Below are positions 61,337 to 64,000 of a stretch of 64,000 bases of DNA, one piece after another (positions within the stretch are counted from its first letter, which is position 1; each line of letters begins with the position of its first letter). This DNA comes from Eledone cirrhosa (lineage: Eukaryota): assembly GCA_964016885.1 (NCBI GenBank), contig OZ024740.1, positions 279,248,001-279,312,000 of the forward strand, in the 5' to 3' direction. The position numbers and the translations under genes were made by a program. The notes under the pieces are model-generated. The model did no database searches. It was not told the DNA's origin and saw nothing but the letters and a program-made list of their open reading frames with translations.

Positions 61337-64000
61337 CGTAAGTCGAAACACTCGTAAGCCGAAACACTCGTGAGCCGAAACACTTGTAAGTCGGAACATT
61401 CGTAAGTCAGAACACTCGTAAGTCAGAACACTCGTAAGCCGAAACACCGTAAGTCGAAACACTCGTAAGTCGAAACACTCGTAAGTCGAAACACTCGTAT
61501 GTCAAAACACCAGTAAGTCAAAACACTCGTAAGTCGAAACACTCGTAAGCCGAAACACCGTAAGTCAAAACACTCGTAAGTCGAAACACTCGTAAGTCGA
61601 AACACTCGTAAGTCGAAACACTCGTAAGCCGAAACACTCGTAAGCCGAAACACTCGTAAGTCGGAACACTCGTAAGTCTGAACACTCGTATGTCGAAACA
61701 TCCGTAAATCATAACACTCGTAAGTCAAAACACTCGTAAGTCGAAACACTCGTAAGCCAAAAATACTCGTAAGTCGAAACACCCTTAAGTCAAAACACTC
61801 GTAAGCCGAAACACCCGTAAGTCAAAACACCCGTAAGTCGAAACACTCGTAAGTTGAAACACTCGTACGCCGAAACACTCGTAAGTAAAAACATTAGTAA
61901 GTCGAAACACTCGTAAGCCGAAAGACTCGTAAGTCGAAACACTCGTAAGCCGAAACACCCGTAAGTCAAAACATTCGTAAGTCAAAACACTCGTAAGTCG
62001 AAACACTCGTAAGTCGAAACACTCGTAAGTCAAAACTCTCGTACGCCGAAACACTCGTAAGTAAAAACATTAGTAAGTCGAAACACTCGTAAGCCGAAAC
62101 ACTCGTAAGTCGAAACACTCGTAAGCCGAAACACCCGTAAGTCAAAACATTCGTAAGTCAAAACACTCGTAAGTCGAAACACCCGTAAGTCAAAACACTC
62201 GTATGTCGAAACACTCGTAAACCGAAACACCGTAAGTAAAAACACTCGTAAATCGAAACACCCATAAGGCGAAACACTCGTAAGCCGAAACGCTCGTAAG
62301 TCGAAACACTCATAAGCCGAAACACTCGTAAGTCGGAACACTCGTAAATCAGAACACCCGCAAGTCAGAACACTCGTAAATCAGAACACTCTTAAGTCGA
62401 AACTCACGTAAGCCGAAACACTCGTAAGTCGAAACACTCGTAAATCGAAACATCCTTAAGTCGAAACACTCGTACACCGAAACACTCGTAAGTAAAAACA
62501 TTAGTAAGTCGAAACACTCGTAAGCCGAAACACTCGTAAGTCGAAACACCCGTAAGTCGAAACACCCGTAAGTCAAAACACACGTGTGTCGAAACACTCG
62601 TAAAACTAAACACTCGTAAGTCGGAACACTCGTAAGTCAGAACACTCGTAAGTCAGAACACTCGTAAGTCGAAACACTCATAAGTCGAAACACTCGTAAG
62701 TTGAAACACCCGTAAGTCGAAACATCCGTAAGTCGAAACACTCGTATGTCGAATAACTCGTAAGCCGAAACACCGTAAGTCAAAACACTCGTAAGTCGAA
62801 ACACTCGTAAGTCGAAACACCCGTAAGCCGAAACACTCGTAAGCCAAAACATTCGTAAGTCGAAACACTCGTAAGCCGAAACACTCGTGAGCCGAAACAC
62901 TCGTAAGCCAAAACATTCCTAAGTCGAAACACTCGTAAGTCGAAACACCCATAGCCGAAACACTCGTAAGTCGGAACACACGTAAGTCAGAACACTCGTA
63001 AGTCAGAACACTCGTAAGTCAGAGCATTCGTATCGAAACACACGTATGTCAAAACACCCATAAGTCAAAACACTCGTAAGTCGAAATACTCGTAAGTCGA
63101 AACACTCGTAAGCCGAAACAATCGTAATTCAAAACACTCGTAAGTCGAAACACTCGTAAGCCAAAAATACTCGTACGTCGAAACACCCGTAAGCCGAAAC
63201 ACTCGTAAGTCGGAACACTCATAAGTCAAAACACTCGTAAGTCGAAACAGTCGTAAGTCGGAACACTCGTAAGTCAGAACACTCGTAAGTCAAAACACTC
63301 GTAAGTCAAAACACTCGTAAGTCGAAACACCCGTAAGTCGAAACGCCCGTAAGTCGAAACACTCATAAGCCGAAACACTCGGAAGTCGGAACACTCGTAA
63401 GTCAGAACACCCGTAAGTCAGAACACTCGTAGTCAGAACACTCGTAAGTCAAAACACTCGTAAGCCGAAACACTCGTAAGCCGAAACACTCGTAAGTCGG
63501 AACACTCGTAAGTCGGAACACTCATAAGTCAGAACACCCGTAAGTCAAAACATTCGTAAGCCAAAACACTCGTAAGTCGAAACACTCGTAAGTCGAAACA
63601 CTCGTAAGTCGAAACACTCGTAAGTCGAAACATCCTTAAATCGAAACACTCGTACACCGAAACACTCGTAAGTAAAAACATTAGTAAGTCGAAACACTCG
63701 TAAGCCGAAACACTCGTAAGCGGAAACACTCGTAAGTCAGAACACTCGTATCGAAACACTCGTATGTCAAAACACTCGTAAGTCAAAACACTCGTAAGTC
63801 GAAACATTCATAAGCCGAAACACTCGTAAGCCGAAACACTCGTAAGCAAAAACATTCGTAAGTCGAAACACCCGTAAGCCGAAACACTCGTAAGTCGAAA
63901 CACTCGTAAGTCGAAACACTCGTAAGTCGAAACACTCGTAAGTCGAAACACGCGTAAGTCGAAGCACCCGTAAGTCAAAACACTCGTAAATCAAAACACT

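Larger units (their letters stand above)
49290..63450. repeat. Higher-order duplication in satellite B, ~49.3-51.7 kb vs ~60.7-63.4 kb (offset ~11.4-11.7 kb), plus a ~6.83-kb-offset duplication (~51.8-52.9 kb vs ~58.7-59.8 kb)
   Basis: ORF pairs 49289/60736, 49574/61005 and 50660/62349; marker GAATAACTCG at 51046/62751. Marker AGTGAAAAAAACAATCG at 52011/58841 and ORF pair 52096/58926. Boundaries are approximate. Confidence 0.8.
48663..64000. repeat. Satellite B: 16-bp tandem repeat, consensus CGTAAGTCGAAACACT; common variants GCCGAA, GTCAAA, GTCAGA, GTCGGA, ACACC, plus 14-, 15- and 17-bp indel monomers; right end lies outside the window
   Basis: Continuous 16-bp period in one orientation, roughly 940 monomers (estimate). 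Minus-strand ORFs repeat YECFDLRVFRLTSVST (16 aa = 3 x 16 nt). Confidence 0.98.

Noticed and set aside
48458-63994. Minus-strand ORFs with YECFDLRVFRLTSVST repeats, including those crossing the junction or the 70-bp insert (MLFKFITLIFIYTF...)
   Set aside because: They result from the stop-free 16-bp monomer. Frequent 14-, 15- and 17-bp monomers break frame and the common TCA variants create TGA stops, so there is no sign of coding constraint. The hydrophobic N-terminus is just AT-rich insert sequence.
1-64000. Telomeric repeat array
   Set aside because: There are no TTAGGG/TTAGG/TTTAGGG-type repeats. The monomer heterogeneity and kb-scale duplications do not fit telomerase-templated synthesis. 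A subtelomeric location cannot be judged from this window.

Overview
This 64-kb window is essentially all tandem-repeat (satellite) DNA, most likely eukaryotic heterochromatin (inference). I find no supportable protein-coding gene, RNA gene, CRISPR array or intact mobile element. Two unrelated arrays abut directly, and both run off the window ends. Satellite A (1-~48665) is a composite of two monomers sharing the core GGGGAGATAATTT: a 25-bp GC-richer unit X (CCAGCCGTCCAAGGGGAGATAATTT) and a ~26-30-bp A-tract unit Y (GT-A7..11-TCAGGGGGAGATAATTT). They occur in alternating runs with stereotyped transition monomers and nested duplications (offsets about 0.64, 1.97, 3.12, 6.41, 9.68 and 17.6 kb). 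Satellite B (~48663-64000) is a more heterogeneous 16-bp CpG-rich repeat (CGTAAGTCGAAACACT) with duplications at about 2.31, 6.83 and 11.4-11.7 kb. It is interrupted four times by the same 70-bp AT-rich segment, the only sequence here not built from satellite monomers. The A/B junction is abrupt, with a 3-4 bp (C)CGT microhomology. All listed ORFs are minus-strand read-throughs of stop-poor monomers and are rejected. The best leads are the 70-bp insert, the junction, the two-state grammar of satellite A and a possible, unverified DNA-transposon origin of satellite B. Offsets were read by eye from diagnostic variants and from the supplied ORF coordinates.
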